A stretch of 64,000 nt of DNA. Origin: a virus. Where the stretch lies: the IMG/VR virus record IMGVR_UViG_3300045988_079560. One strand, given 5' to 3'. The number at the start of each line of letters is the position of its first letter. The first letter of the stretch is position 1. This document shows positions 40,337 to 49,770 of the stretch, piece by piece. Made by a program: the position numbers and the translations under genes. The notes beneath the pieces were generated by a model. The model saw only the letters and a program-made list of their open reading frames with translations. It searched no databases and was not told the origin of the DNA.

Positions 40337-40627
40337 ATGAGGTACAGAAAAAAGCCTGTCGTGATTGAGGCGATTCAATGGACTGGAGAAAACCAGAGGG
40401 AAATGTTTGACTTTCTTACCAATGGCGAGAAGAAAGACGAATACATGGAGGCGTTTGGAGAACATTTCCGCATAGACCACGCCGCCGTGAAAGGCGGATT
40501 GGTAATCAAAACTTTAGAGGGAAATCATTTGGCTAACATTGGAGATTACATCATTAAAGGTGTTGCCGGAGAATTTTACCCTTGCAAACCGGATATTTTT
40601 GAAAAGACTTATGAGGTGGCAGAGTAA
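40337..40627 (+). CDS. Phage PGDYG-like protein
   Basis: MRYRKKPVVIEAIQWTGEN...LEGNHLANIGDYIIKGVAGEFYPCKPDIFEKTYE. Confidence 0.75.
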   Translation: MRYRKKPVVIEAIQWTGENQREMFDFLTNGEKKDEYMEAFGEHFRIDHAAVKGGLVIKTLEGNHLANIGDYIIKGVAGEFYPCKPDIFEKTYEVAE

Positions 40628-41052
40628 TGGGAAAACCGATTGATATTTTTGAAAATCAGGAGCAGTTGGAAGAGTGCCTGAGAGAGTGGCAGCATAGGTT
40701 ATTCCTTGATGGGTGGCTAATACTGGCGCACGTTGAGGATAAAATTATGAATCCTGACGGAGAAGAGGTAATTGATGCCGCCGGATATAACACATTCGTA
40801 TTTGAATCCAGTCAGGCAAACATCCAGTTACTCAGCGATGAATCTTACAAAGAGAACAATACGCTGTTCAAACATTGCATGGAAAAGGATCTTGTGCATG
40901 AACTTTTACATTGCAAGTATGATTGGATGGGAAATCAGGGCGGAACCTATGAGGGTGTGTATCTGGATGCAACCGAACACCAGAAGTTAGAGGAAATGGC
41001 AAAGAGTCTTATCATGGCGAAGTATGGTGTCGGTTATGATTACTTCATGTGA
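40627..41052 (+). CDS. Hypothetical protein with HELLH metallopeptidase-like motif
   Basis: EKDLVHELLHCKYDW. Confidence 0.6.
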   Translation: MGKPIDIFENQEQLEECLREWQHRLFLDGWLILAHVEDKIMNPDGEEVIDAAGYNTFVFESSQANIQLLSDESYKENNTLFKHCMEKDLVHELLHCKYDWMGNQGGTYEGVYLDATEHQKLEEMAKSLIMAKYGVGYDYFM

Positions 41053-41256
41053 GGTGCAATATGACAACAGTGGTGGTCTATAAGACCGATACAAAAGAAG
41101 TTCTGGCAGCTATTCCGATGGACGGCGGAGATGCCGTCTGCCGGAATGATGTGGAATTTCAGATTTACAACGGAACAGAGCCAATATTCACGGAAACTCC
41201 CGGAGGAATCGTATTGGCAGAAAACAAATTTATGATAAAGATGGAGGGCAACAACA

Positions 41257-41808
41257 ATGAAAAATAAAGGAACAGGGATTATTGTCGGCATCGTAGCCGC
41301 ATTTGTATTACTGATAGCAGGAATTTTTGTAAGTACCAACAACAGAGCGGTTTCGTTGGAGGAACAGGTCTTTACGGCTGACTCTGATATTCAGGCACAG
41401 GAGAAACGCAGAACGGATCTTATCTACAATCTGGCAGATTGCGTCAAGGAGTACGATAAGCATGAGGCAGAGACTCTTCTTAATGTCGTGGAAGCAAGAG
41501 GAAACAATGGCAGCACCACAGATATTGAGAATGTGACAACTTCCATAGCTGCGGTTGCCGAAGCATACCCGGAATTAAAATCCAATGAGAATTACAAGGA
41601 ACTGATGAATGAGCTTTCAACCACAGAGAATATGATCCTGCAGTACCGCACTGCCTACAATAACGAGGTAAGAGCATATAAGAAATATGTGCGTAAATTC
41701 CCTTATAAGCAGATCTTGGGAATTATGGGATATGAGGTTATCAATTACAACTACCTGGAATACAGCGAAGAGGACAGACAGCCGGTAAGCAATCTGTTTG
41801 GAGAATAA
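41257..41808 (+). CDS. lemA: LemA family membrane protein
   Basis: N-terminal TM; EQVFTADSDIQAQEKRRTDLIYNLADCVKEYDKHEAETLLNVVEAR. Confidence 0.85.
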   Translation: MKNKGTGIIVGIVAAFVLLIAGIFVSTNNRAVSLEEQVFTADSDIQAQEKRRTDLIYNLADCVKEYDKHEAETLLNVVEARGNNGSTTDIENVTTSIAAVAEAYPELKSNENYKELMNELSTTENMILQYRTAYNNEVRAYKKYVRKFPYKQILGIMGYEVINYNYLEYSEEDRQPVSNLFGE

Positions 41809-42592
41809 GCCTATGAGGAAAGGGAGTAAGATAATCTACTCCGGCAACGGTTGGGATATGACGGTGCGTGAACTGATGTTTAGCATCGTCATTATCCTTA
41901 TCATGCTTATGGGTGGATTTTTCATTAGTGAAAAGATAGCTTCACACAATGACGAACAGAATCAGGAATACTATCAAGCCATGCAGATTGATGGAAATGC
42001 AGAACTGTTTCAGTATGGTATGCGAACTGATGTGGGAAATGCGTTTGTGAAAGGAAATCTGGTGGCAGTAGACCCTGTTACAGATCTGGGCATAGGTGGA
42101 GTACCAACTGCCTACATAAAGGTTGAGGAACAACACTACAACCGACATACGAGACAGGTGGCACATACACGGACGGTAAATGGGAAAACGCAGACTTATT
42201 ACACCACGGAGGTATATTATTCGTGGGATTACTACGATAGTTGGGAAAGCCATAGTCAAACGGTGTCATTCCTTGGTGTGGAGTTTCCGTATGGGAAAAT
42301 CCAGATGCCGGGGTCTTACCTGTATGACACGATTAAGCAATCGTCCCATGTGAGGTATTTGTACTATGTTATCAACACGGAATACAGCGGAGTTATCTAT
42401 GCCAATCTCAAAGATAATACCATAGAGGACGGAACACCGTTCATTCAGGCAGATACGATAGATGAAGCGGTGGACTATATGGTTTCAAGCGGAACTGCCG
42501 GGTTGGTAATTTTCTGGGTTGTATGGGTAATTTTGATTGGAGCAGCCGTGTTTGGATTCTGCTATTTTGATAATAAGTGGTTGGAGGATTAG
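41798..42592 (+). CDS. Two-TM membrane protein
   Basis: TM near N- and C-terminus. Confidence 0.65.
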   Translation: MENKPMRKGSKIIYSGNGWDMTVRELMFSIVIILIMLMGGFFISEKIASHNDEQNQEYYQAMQIDGNAELFQYGMRTDVGNAFVKGNLVAVDPVTDLGIGGVPTAYIKVEEQHYNRHTRQVAHTRTVNGKTQTYYTTEVYYSWDYYDSWESHSQTVSFLGVEFPYGKIQMPGSYLYDTIKQSSHVRYLYYVINTEYSGVIYANLKDNTIEDGTPFIQADTIDEAVDYMVSSGTAGLVIFWVVWVILIGAAVFGFCYFDNKWLED

Positions 42593-42594
42593 AG

Positions 42595-42912
42595 ATGTAT
42601 ATTGTAGACCAGGATCGTAGCAACGTAGTGAACATCGGCAATATCAAAAGCATTGCGCTCAACGGAAAAAGAATTACTGCCGATGATTACACACTTGCAG
42701 CTTACGACACAGAACAGAGAGGGAAAGAAGTATTTGAACAGTTACTCGGAAACGCTTTTCCTCCTGATATGATAGTGGCTAAGAATTGCAACATATCTGA
42801 GGATGCCGTAAAGGACCTGGCAATGGATCATAGCATTATTATGGTTCGTGGCAACGGACAGGCGGATGTTACAGCGTATAGCTGCGGAGTTTATTATATG
42901 CCGGAGGAATAA
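42595..42912 (+). CDS. Hypothetical protein
   Basis: ORF with RBS. Confidence 0.55.
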   Translation: MYIVDQDRSNVVNIGNIKSIALNGKRITADDYTLAAYDTEQRGKEVFEQLLGNAFPPDMIVAKNCNISEDAVKDLAMDHSIIMVRGNGQADVTAYSCGVYYMPEE

Positions 42913-42916
42913 AAGA

Positions 42917-43207
42917 ATGTTAGATATTATTTTGGCAATCATTTGGATTGCGATATTGGTGCTTTACATTGTTGTTGGCTGGAAAGATGCAAAGTCCAAC
43001 AACGAAGTGAAGAAAGAAATTACACAGATGAATGAGCTGCTGTTGGAACAGAACTCTCAGCTCAAAGAACAGAATAAGCATCTCAATATGGTTATTCTGA
43101 GTGTTTGCAGTAAGAGTGTACGAGACAGAAAAGACCAGGAGGGAAAACGTGAAAAAGCAACGGAAAGAGACACGCCTGAAAAGGAAACGCCTGAAAGCGG
43201 CGTATAA
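42917..43207 (+). CDS. Small membrane protein with coiled coil
   Basis: MLDIILAIIWIAILVLYIVVGW. Confidence 0.55.
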   Translation: MLDIILAIIWIAILVLYIVVGWKDAKSNNEVKKEITQMNELLLEQNSQLKEQNKHLNMVILSVCSKSVRDRKDQEGKREKATERDTPEKETPESGV

Positions 43208-43514
43208 CACAATCTTAGAAGAAAACCGCCGATTAAAAGGTTGGCAATCGGTGTATGGCAGAAAAGAGATTAGAACATATGGAGAACGCAAAACACTCAC
43301 AATATTTGAAGCAGGAAGTGACAATATGGGAGAAATCATAAAAGACAGAATGGCAGTAAAAATTGGTAGAGCACTTAAAGAAAATGGTGCAATTCAGTTT
43401 GAAACATACGATGATCCTATGAAATGTGGAATTATTGTGGATGCGAAAGTTAAAATCGTTATGCCGTAGGTATATTACAGAGCCGTGTAGAGCCGTGAGA
43501 AAGGATGAATTTTC

Positions 43515-45167
43515 ATGGCTCAACACGAACTATCGAATAAAGAGATTATCGTAAGGCTTCTGAAAAGCGATCTGAGTGACTATGACAATCTTCTGTCCTT
43601 ACTCGGAATGGCAAATGAGGTTATCCAGGAAGATAAAGAACTTTCACGGAAATTAGCGAATAAGGTCAGATTCCTTGCACTGAGACTATGTGCGACAGAA
43701 GATATTAAATATTACGATTTGTACAATAAGGCTCTTTTGTTCTTGGCACAGGAACATAAGGATTTTGACTCTTATCTGCTCTATGTGGAAAAGAACAGAG
43801 ATCCAGAGGACAGATACTATCAGCCACGAAGAAATAAGATTTATTGGCTTGTACAGAAGATGCAGAGGCTTATTGATGATGAGTTGGATATTCTATCAAT
43901 ATCAATGCCTCCTGGCACCGGCAAGACCACACTGGGAGAGTTTTTCATATCGTTTGTAATGGGGCATTACCCAAACACACCAAACCTTATGTCCTCCCAT
44001 TCTGGATTCATGACGAGAATGTTCTATGATGCCGTTCTCAACATAATTACCAGTAATGAATATTGTTGGAGCGATGTGTTCCCGGATATTGTATTTGAGG
44101 GAAACAACGCAAAAGAAGAGACAATAAACCTTGGAAGATGGCAGCCGTTTAAGACACTGACCTGCAGACCAATCAGAGGTTCCCTTACCGGTGTTACCCG
44201 TTGTGAGGGATTTCTGTATGTGGATGATTTGGTTTCCGGTATCGAAGAGGCTCTGTCTATTGATCGTCTGGATAAGTTGTACGGAGAGTACACCACAGAC
44301 CTTAAATCTCGTAAAAAGAAGAAAGCAAAAGAGATCCACATTGCAACCCGATGGAGTGTGCATGATGTTATTGGCCGGCTTGAAAGAATGTATGAGGGCA
44401 ATCCGAGGGCAGAGTTCATTGCTGTTCCAGATATTGATCCTCAGACCGGAAAAAGCAACTTTGATTACGATTACGATGTTGGATTTGATGAGAAATACTT
44501 CCACGATATGGAAATGTCGATGGATGATGTATCATATCGCTGCCTGTACAAGAGCGATCCGATTGAGAGAGAGGGTATTCTGTATCATCCAACAGAATTA
44601 CAGAGATATATCGGAGGACTGCCGGACAGAGAACCGGATTCTATATTGGCAATCTGCGATACCAAAGACACCGGTACAGACTACAACTTCCTCGGAGTTT
44701 TCTATCAGTACGGAGACAGATACTATCTGGAAGATCTGGTATTCAAGAACATCGACCCTGGAACCTTGGACGAACTCAACTCAGATATGCTTGTTAAGCA
44801 TCATGTACAGCAAGCACAGTTCGAGAGTAACAAAGAGGGTAGCAGAACCGCAAATGAAGTTGAGAGACTTGTCAAAGCCAAAGGCGGCAGATGCCATATT
44901 ACGAAGAAATACACTACTCAGAACAAAGAGACCAAGATCATCGTCAATTCCTCATGGGTTAAGGAACACGTCATATTCAAGGATATTACAGAATATGAGC
45001 CTAAGAGTGATTACGGTGTGATGATGTCATTCCTTTGCAGCTATACACAGCTCGGAAAGAATAAACATGATGATGCGCCGGACACTCTGGCAATGTTCGC
45101 CCAGTTTGTAGATGCTCTTCTTGGCGGAGAGGGACAGGTAGTAAAGAGAAGTGACTTAGGAATATAG
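43515..45167 (+). CDS. terL: Terminase large subunit
   Basis: SISMPPGTGKTTLGEFFISFVMG; IATRWSVHDVIGRL; DTKDTGTDYNFLGVFYQYGDRYYLED; QAQFESNKEGSRTANEV. Confidence 0.95.
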   Translation: MAQHELSNKEIIVRLLKSDLSDYDNLLSLLGMANEVIQEDKELSRKLANKVRFLALRLCATEDIKYYDLYNKALLFLAQEHKDFDSYLLYVEKNRDPEDRYYQPRRNKIYWLVQKMQRLIDDELDILSISMPPGTGKTTLGEFFISFVMGHYPNTPNLMSSHSGFMTRMFYDAVLNIITSNEYCWSDVFPDIVFEGNNAKEETINLGRWQPFKTLTCRPIRGSLTGVTRCEGFLYVDDLVSGIEEALSIDRLDKLYGEYTTDLKSRKKKKAKEIHIATRWSVHDVIGRLERMYEGNPRAEFIAVPDIDPQTGKSNFDYDYDVGFDEKYFHDMEMSMDDVSYRCLYKSDPIEREGILYHPTELQRYIGGLPDREPDSILAICDTKDTGTDYNFLGVFYQYGDRYYLEDLVFKNIDPGTLDELNSDMLVKHHVQQAQFESNKEGSRTANEVERLVKAKGGRCHITKKYTTQNKETKIIVNSSWVKEHVIFKDITEYEPKSDYGVMMSFLCSYTQLGKNKHDDAPDTLAMFAQFVDALLGGEGQVVKRSDLGI

Positions 45168-45178
45168 AAAGGGATAGC

Positions 45179-45433
45179 ATGGGACAATATAGTTTCGCCA
45201 CCAACTTGAAAAAAGAAAGAACGAATAGGGGAATTACACAACACGAACTTGCAACGGGCGTTCATGTGGCACAGAATACCGTGAGTGATTGGGAACAATG
45301 CAAAAGTTATCCGTCAATCGACAAGATATACGATATAGCAAATTTTCTCAAAATCCCTGTAAGCAAGTTGATTTCTGACGTTCAGAAAAACGGTTGTAAA
45401 GCCGACTGCACACAGAAAAACAATTTTTTTTGA
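45179..45433 (+). CDS. XRE-family regulator
   Basis: NLKKERTNRGITQHELATGVHVAQNTVSDWEQCKSYPSIDKIYDIANFL. Confidence 0.85.
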   Translation: MGQYSFATNLKKERTNRGITQHELATGVHVAQNTVSDWEQCKSYPSIDKIYDIANFLKIPVSKLISDVQKNGCKADCTQKNNFF

Positions 45434-45451
45434 AAATTTTGTTTATTCCAC

Positions 45452-45480
45452 TTGACAAAGAATGTTTAGTGCGCTATACT
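45452..45480 (+). promoter_or_regulatory. Promoter of tRNA/ncRNA island with embedded operator half
   Basis: TTGACA-17 bp-TATACT containing ATGTTTAGTG. Confidence 0.85.
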
Positions 45481-45553
45481 ACGACCATACCAAGTGACAC
45501 GGACATAAGTTCAACGGACTAAACACACAAGGTATGGCATTAAAGTTTCTCCT

Positions 45554-45585
45554 AACCATTACGGCACAGTAACAGTGCCGTAATA
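45554..45585. other. Perfect 10-bp hairpin
   Basis: ATTACGGCAC-agtaaca-GTGCCGTAAT. Confidence 0.6.
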
Positions 45586-45586
45586 T

Positions 45587-45659
45587 GGGAAGTAAGCTAA
45601 CTCGGTAGAAGCGATGGACTGAAAATCCATAGGAGTTGGTTCGACACCAACACTTCCCA
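45587..45659 (+). tRNA. tRNA-Phe(GAA)
   Basis: GGGAAGT/ACTTCCC acceptor, CTGAAAA anticodon loop, T arm GTTGGTTCGACACCAAC. Confidence 0.85.
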
Positions 45660-45662
45660 CTC

Positions 45663-45756
45663 AGGATTACTGTTCCCCGACAGCAATCCTACATCGGAGG
45701 GTTCCCACTTACAATGATCCTCCGAGACCTCACATGGAATCTCCCCAAGTGTGAGG
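45663..45756 (+). ncRNA. Three consecutive minihelices between tRNAs
   Basis: AGGATT/AATCCT (with ACAGCAATC), TCGGAGG/CCTCCGA, CCTCACA/TGTGAGG. Confidence 0.55.
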
Positions 45757-45759
45757 TAT

Positions 45760-45833
45760 GGACCATTAGCTCAGTTGGTTAGAGCGTCCGGCTCATAACC
45801 GGATGGTCTGGGGTTCAAGTCCCTGATGGTCCA
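45760..45833 (+). tRNA. tRNA-Met/Ile2 (CAT)
   Basis: GGACCAT/ATGGTCC; GCTCATAACC anticodon arm; GGTTCAAGTCC. Confidence 0.93.
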
Positions 45834-45995
45834 CGCATGGCGATCTGGCATTTCCCGGGTAAATGGAAGCTACACCAAGATAGACCAGACGAAGTAAGGT
45901 GGTTGAGTGCGCCGATGCAGAACAGAAACGGAATGTCCAGCGCATGACCGTGACGGCTACCAGAGGTAGTAATACAAACGGAAAAGGAGAACGGA

Positions 45996-46973
45996 ATGAG
46001 TATCATTTTGACGATTATCGGAATCATACTTTTCCTCGGCGGCATCATTGCAGGATGTTCGTTAAAACAGTATGAAATCGAGGAAAAGGGAAATGAGAAA
46101 GCAAAATTCCCAAAAGGTTTTGTTGTTGTGATACTTGTTGGTCTGATTGTATTCGGAGTAGGTAATTCGCTCGTGATTATACCGACCGGATATACCGGAG
46201 TTAAAAGCACATTCGGACAGATTGATGAGACAACAATACAGAACGGCGCAAATTGGAAGATCCCATTCGTCCAGAAGATTGAGAAAGTCAACAACAAGCA
46301 GCAGGACATTGTGTTTGACGGACAGATTTGGTCTGAAACATCAGAGAGAACAGCACTGTATTATGATGGCATCACAGTTACATACCAGATCAACCCGGAA
46401 ATGTCCGCATGGATTTATGCCAACGTCAGCAACTATAAGGAAAACCTTGTAACGCAGACACTTGTGGCTTCCGCAATCAAGACAAGCAGTAAGTCCTTGA
46501 CCTCAACAGATGCAACGAACAGAGGAATTGTAGAGCCTCTTTCCATGCAGAACATTCAGAAAGCCCTCGATGAGAAATATGGAGAGGACGTAGTAATCAT
46601 CAACAAGGTAGTAATTGCCAATACTGATTTTGAGGACAGTTACAATAAGGCAATCGCTGAAAAACAGACCGCACAGTTGGCTTATGAACAGCAGCAGATC
46701 GAAAATCAGAAAAAGATAGAAGCTGCTGAGGCAGATGCCAAGGTAAAAACTACTCAGGCGCAGGGCGAAGCTGACGCTGCCGTTATTAAAGCACAGGGAG
46801 AGGCGGATGCCAATAAGCTGTTGAATGATTCGCTGACGAATAAGATCTTGCAGCAGATGTATTTGGAGAAGTGGGACGGCGCACTGCCGAAAGTGTCACT
46901 GTCTGATGGCACAGACACAATCGTAGACATTGGAGATCTTTCATCAACAACGGAGGTACAGAGCAATGAATAA
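45996..46973 (+). CDS. SPFH/prohibitin (band 7) family protein
   Basis: TM plus IPTGYTGVKSTFGQID...GANWKIPFVQKIEKV; AEAdAKVKTTQAQGEADAAVIKAQGEAD tail. Confidence 0.92.
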   Translation: MSIILTIIGIILFLGGIIAGCSLKQYEIEEKGNEKAKFPKGFVVVILVGLIVFGVGNSLVIIPTGYTGVKSTFGQIDETTIQNGANWKIPFVQKIEKVNNKQQDIVFDGQIWSETSERTALYYDGITVTYQINPEMSAWIYANVSNYKENLVTQTLVASAIKTSSKSLTSTDATNRGIVEPLSMQNIQKALDEKYGEDVVIINKVVIANTDFEDSYNKAIAEKQTAQLAYEQQQIENQKKIEAAEADAKVKTTQAQGEADAAVIKAQGEADANKLLNDSLTNKILQQMYLEKWDGALPKVSLSDGTDTIVDIGDLSSTTEVQSNE

Positions 46974-47241
46974 AGCTGAATTAGTACAGGCAATGGCTGA
47001 CGATGCCGGACTTTCCAAAAGTGATGCTGAAAAAGCACTCAACGCATTTGTTGAGATCGTAGGCGGAGAACTTGGAAAAGGCGGAAAAGTGCAGTTGGTC
47101 GGTTTTGGGACATTTGAAGTGACTGAGCGTGCTGCCAGAGTTGGTAAGAACCCTCAGAACGGAAAAGAGATTTCCATTCCGGCTTGCAAAGCACCTAAGT
47201 TCAAAGCCGGTAAAGCACTGAAAGATGAAGTAAATCGCTAA
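46966..47241 (+). CDS. hup: HU family DNA-binding protein
   Basis: MNKAELVQAMADDAGLSKSDAEKALNAF...GFGTFEVTERAARVGKNPQNGKEI. Confidence 0.95.
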   Translation: MNKAELVQAMADDAGLSKSDAEKALNAFVEIVGGELGKGGKVQLVGFGTFEVTERAARVGKNPQNGKEISIPACKAPKFKAGKALKDEVNR

Positions 47242-47359
47242 ATGATCGGAGCGAACTTGGTGTAGTGTGGTGGTTCGATTCCACCTGTGGGTGTAGCTCT
47301 AGCGATTAAGATTCCCACCGCTTCTTTCCTAATGTTCTTGGCGATACAAAGAAAATTCC

Positions 47360-47449
47360 GGGCGAACGGCAACGATTGGTGGTGTTGCGGCGGACTGTAA
47401 ATCCGTTCCCTCGCGGTAAACATTGGAGGTTCAATTCCTCTTTCGCCCA
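47360..47449 (+). tRNA. tRNA-Tyr(GTA)
   Basis: GGGCGAA/TTCGCCC; CTGTAAA loop; long variable arm. Confidence 0.9.
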
Positions 47450-47586
47450 TTTAGGTAGATTGCAGCCTATTCACAGAGAATTTACCGGACGCGAACGGCT
47501 TCTCTGCGGAGAATTGCAAGAACCTGGTTACGATTTTTTGTGGTTAAAGGGTACCTTGCTTCCAGTCAAAAAGTAAAAACCACACC

Positions 47587-47660
47587 TGTTCGATTAGTCA
47601 AGCGGTCAAGATACCACCTTTTCACGGTGGGGACGGGAGTTCGATTCTCCCATCGAACAT
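47587..47660 (+). tRNA. tRNA-Glu(TTC)
   Basis: TGTTCGA/TCGAACA; CCACC-TTTTCAC-GGTGG. Confidence 0.9.
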
Positions 47661-48341
47661 TTCAACCGAGAATAACGCTGACTGTTTACAGTTGGTTTAG
47701 TGTTCCGGCTGAAAAGTATTGGCGAAAGCCGTGGTAAGCAATCATTAAATAGGGAGATTGCAATGCTCACTGAGAGGCTTATGTGAGTAGTCCGGGAAAG
47801 CCGACAGGACTTAAACTTGGAGAGCTTGCGTAAGTCACGCTAAAGACCATCGTTGCAACGATGCCTACGATAGCATAACTGGAAATGCCACGGACACCAT
47901 GCCGGGGAAAGTGGGATTCAACTCCCCACCGTAGGACGAGCGGATTTCTTTACCAATTTCTTATTCCGGCTCACACAGGAAAGAAATGGCGCGGCGAGGT
48001 GGCGAGAACGTAAGTGCTTTTTACATTACCAAGAGTTTTTAAGAAAACTCCGGTGCGGAAAATTTACTGCTTAGAGTGCATGAGCGTTACAGCGATTTAA
48101 GCGGCGCAGAGGATTTAGTAGAGGCTGAGAACTGCGATAACAACGTACATCAGAGGTAAGGCGATAAAGAGCTGGACTCGTCAGAGGTTCTTTGAGTATG
48201 TAGTCGGTGGATTATGAGAACCATGTGGAGGGGTGTAAGGTCCGAGAACCACATTAAAAAATGAAATACCTTTGTTGGCAACTGTCTTACACGTTGCATC
48301 GGTTCGGTAGTGGCAACCATCCAAGCTGCCGCCGGACTGCA
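47661..48341 (+). ncRNA. Large highly structured non-coding RNA region flanked by tRNAs (ROOL/GOLLD-class candidate), includes a degenerate tRNA-like domain ~47862-47936
   Basis: No plausible ORF; hairpins CATCGTTG/CAACGATG, GCGT/ACGC, GAGTTTT/AAAACTC, ATGTGG/CCACAT, long-range GTGTAAG/CTTACAC. Confidence 0.55.
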
Positions 48342-48418
48342 TTGGGGTATAGCTCAGATGGATAGAGCACAACACTACGGATGTTGGTTAGCGCAGGTTC
48401 GAGTCCTGTTACTCCAAT
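48342..48418 (+). tRNA. tRNA-Arg(ACG)
   Basis: TTGGGGT/ACTCCAA; CAACA-CTACGGA-TGTTG. Confidence 0.9.
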
Positions 48419-48420
48419 AA

Positions 48421-48492
48421 TGGCTTGTAGCTCAGTGGTAGAGCGTCTGACTGTTAATCAGAATGTCGTGGGTTCGATCCCCACCTTGCCAG
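48421..48492 (+). tRNA. tRNA-Asn(GTT)
   Basis: CTGA-CTGTTAA-TCAG anticodon arm; GTGGGTTCGATCCCCAC. Confidence 0.88.
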
Positions 48493-48607
48493 TTGGAGAC
48501 ACTTGACTTACTCTTTCAAAGCACTCCATAAAAAGGTTACGAAAGGGCGTTTACGACCGGCGGATAGAGGAACTCCGACTTGTACGTTACCAAGGGAAAA
48601 CTACTCT

Positions 48608-48691
48608 GCCGTGTGTCCGGTTGGTCGAGGGTGCAGTCTTGAAAACTGTCTGGATGTAAAAGTCTCTGGGGTTCAAATCCCTAACACGGCG
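48608..48691 (+). tRNA. tRNA-Ser(TGA)
   Basis: GCCGTGT/ACACGGC; GCAGT-CTTGAAA-ACTGT; long variable arm. Confidence 0.88.
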
Positions 48692-48694
48692 TAT

Positions 48695-48777
48695 GGTGCA
48701 TTGCCGTAATGGTAGCGGAGCGTCTTGCTAAGTCGTCCTGCAGAAATGCAGTACAGGTTCGAGTCCTGTATGCACCG
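48695..48777 (+). tRNA. tRNA-Ser(GCT)
   Basis: GGTGCAT/ATGCACC; TTGCTAA loop; variable arm CTGCAGAAATGCAG. Confidence 0.8.
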
Positions 48778-48780
48778 CTA

Positions 48781-48813
48781 TGAAACCGTATTCCACCGGT
48801 GGAGGAGGTTTCA
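48781..48813 (+). ncRNA. 7-bp minihelix
   Basis: TGAAACC-GTAT-TCCACC/GGTGGA-GGA-GGTTTCA. Confidence 0.5.
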
Positions 48814-48816
48814 GAA

Positions 48817-49038
48817 TTGGATAGTAGGCAGTAAAGGGTAACTGCAATATTAGTACGGTTGAGGAAAAGGTGCGTCCCGGTGTGGCAACAGCGCAAAGTG
48901 CAGTGATTGGAATAAGCAGGAATGGCAGCCACCCACCTTTGATACGATAGGTTCAAAAATCCGTACGCACCAAACACATGAGGTAATCTGCGACTATCGT
49001 AATATTCCAGTGTAAGGTCCGATTCCTTACCTATCCAA
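48817..49038 (+). ncRNA. Outer tRNA-like element with large insert, containing a second nested tRNA-like element (48869-48972)
   Basis: Outer: TTGGATAG/CTATCCAA, D arm GCAG-TAAAGGGTAA-CTGC, AATATTA/TAATATT, T arm TAAGG-TCCGATT-CCTTA. Inner: GGTGCGT/ACGCACC, GGTTCAAAAATCC. Confidence 0.6.
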
Positions 49039-49094
49039 TCCCGGTCCGGAACGGGACAATAAGCCGAAAGGCGCAGACAGAGAGGAAGAAAGGT

Positions 49095-49457
49095 ATGATA
49101 TTACAAACAATCAAAAAGGGTGTCAGAAATGATACCTTTGAGGAATCCCAGGTTATTCAGTGTTTTGATGTTACTATCGAAAAGGATATGCTTCAAATAT
49201 CCGATGCTGAATCCTCAGATGAAGAATTGGAAATCAGACAGAAGAATTTCAACAAGGCAAAGGAACTTATTGGTGCTGCCGGATTGTGCAGAGATAACAT
49301 TATTTGGTATCTCGGTGATCCGCCATTAGAGAAGAATGTTTCACTCACGGCGGTTACTTTAGATACAGTTACTTATGTGTATAGCCGCATCGGTATTCCT
49401 GATACTATGGTATTTATTCTGAATAATTCTGGAAAGACAATATCCAGAGTGTTATAA
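49095..49457 (+). CDS. Hypothetical protein inside the tRNA array
   Basis: 120 aa ORF with RBS. Confidence 0.5.
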   Translation: MILQTIKKGVRNDTFEESQVIQCFDVTIEKDMLQISDAESSDEELEIRQKNFNKAKELIGAAGLCRDNIIWYLGDPPLEKNVSLTAVTLDTVTYVYSRIGIPDTMVFILNNSGKTISRVL

Positions 49458-49700
49458 AAAGCCGTCCTGACTTCGGACGATAAACCAGTTGGGGTAGAGA
49501 GATTCCCCGCAAGATATTTCCTATCGACATTGCCATTGGTCTCGGCAGAACCGCCAATATGGGGCATTAAGCGGGTGTACGGAAATGTTTAATCAAGTCC
49601 GCCGGTCACATACTGTCGTAGTTAGCACCGGTTAAGTGAGGAACGCAAGGAACGACATAGCAGAACTTACAAAGCAGCCTAGGGGCGAGGTTGCATTATG

Positions 49701-49770
49701 GCGGAGTGGAGCAGTGGTAGCTTGCCGGGTTCATGCCCCGGAGGTCGTTGGTTCAAATCCAACCTCCGCA
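49701..49770 (+). tRNA. Initiator-type tRNA-fMet(CAT)
   Basis: GCGGAGTGGAGCAGTGGTAGCTTGCCGGGTTCATGCCCCGGAGGTCGTTGGTTCAAATCC. Confidence 0.9.

Noticed and set aside
47238-47450. Minus-strand ORF MGERGIEPPMFTARERIYS
   Set aside because: Antisense of tRNA-Tyr region; typical spurious tRNA-derived ORF.
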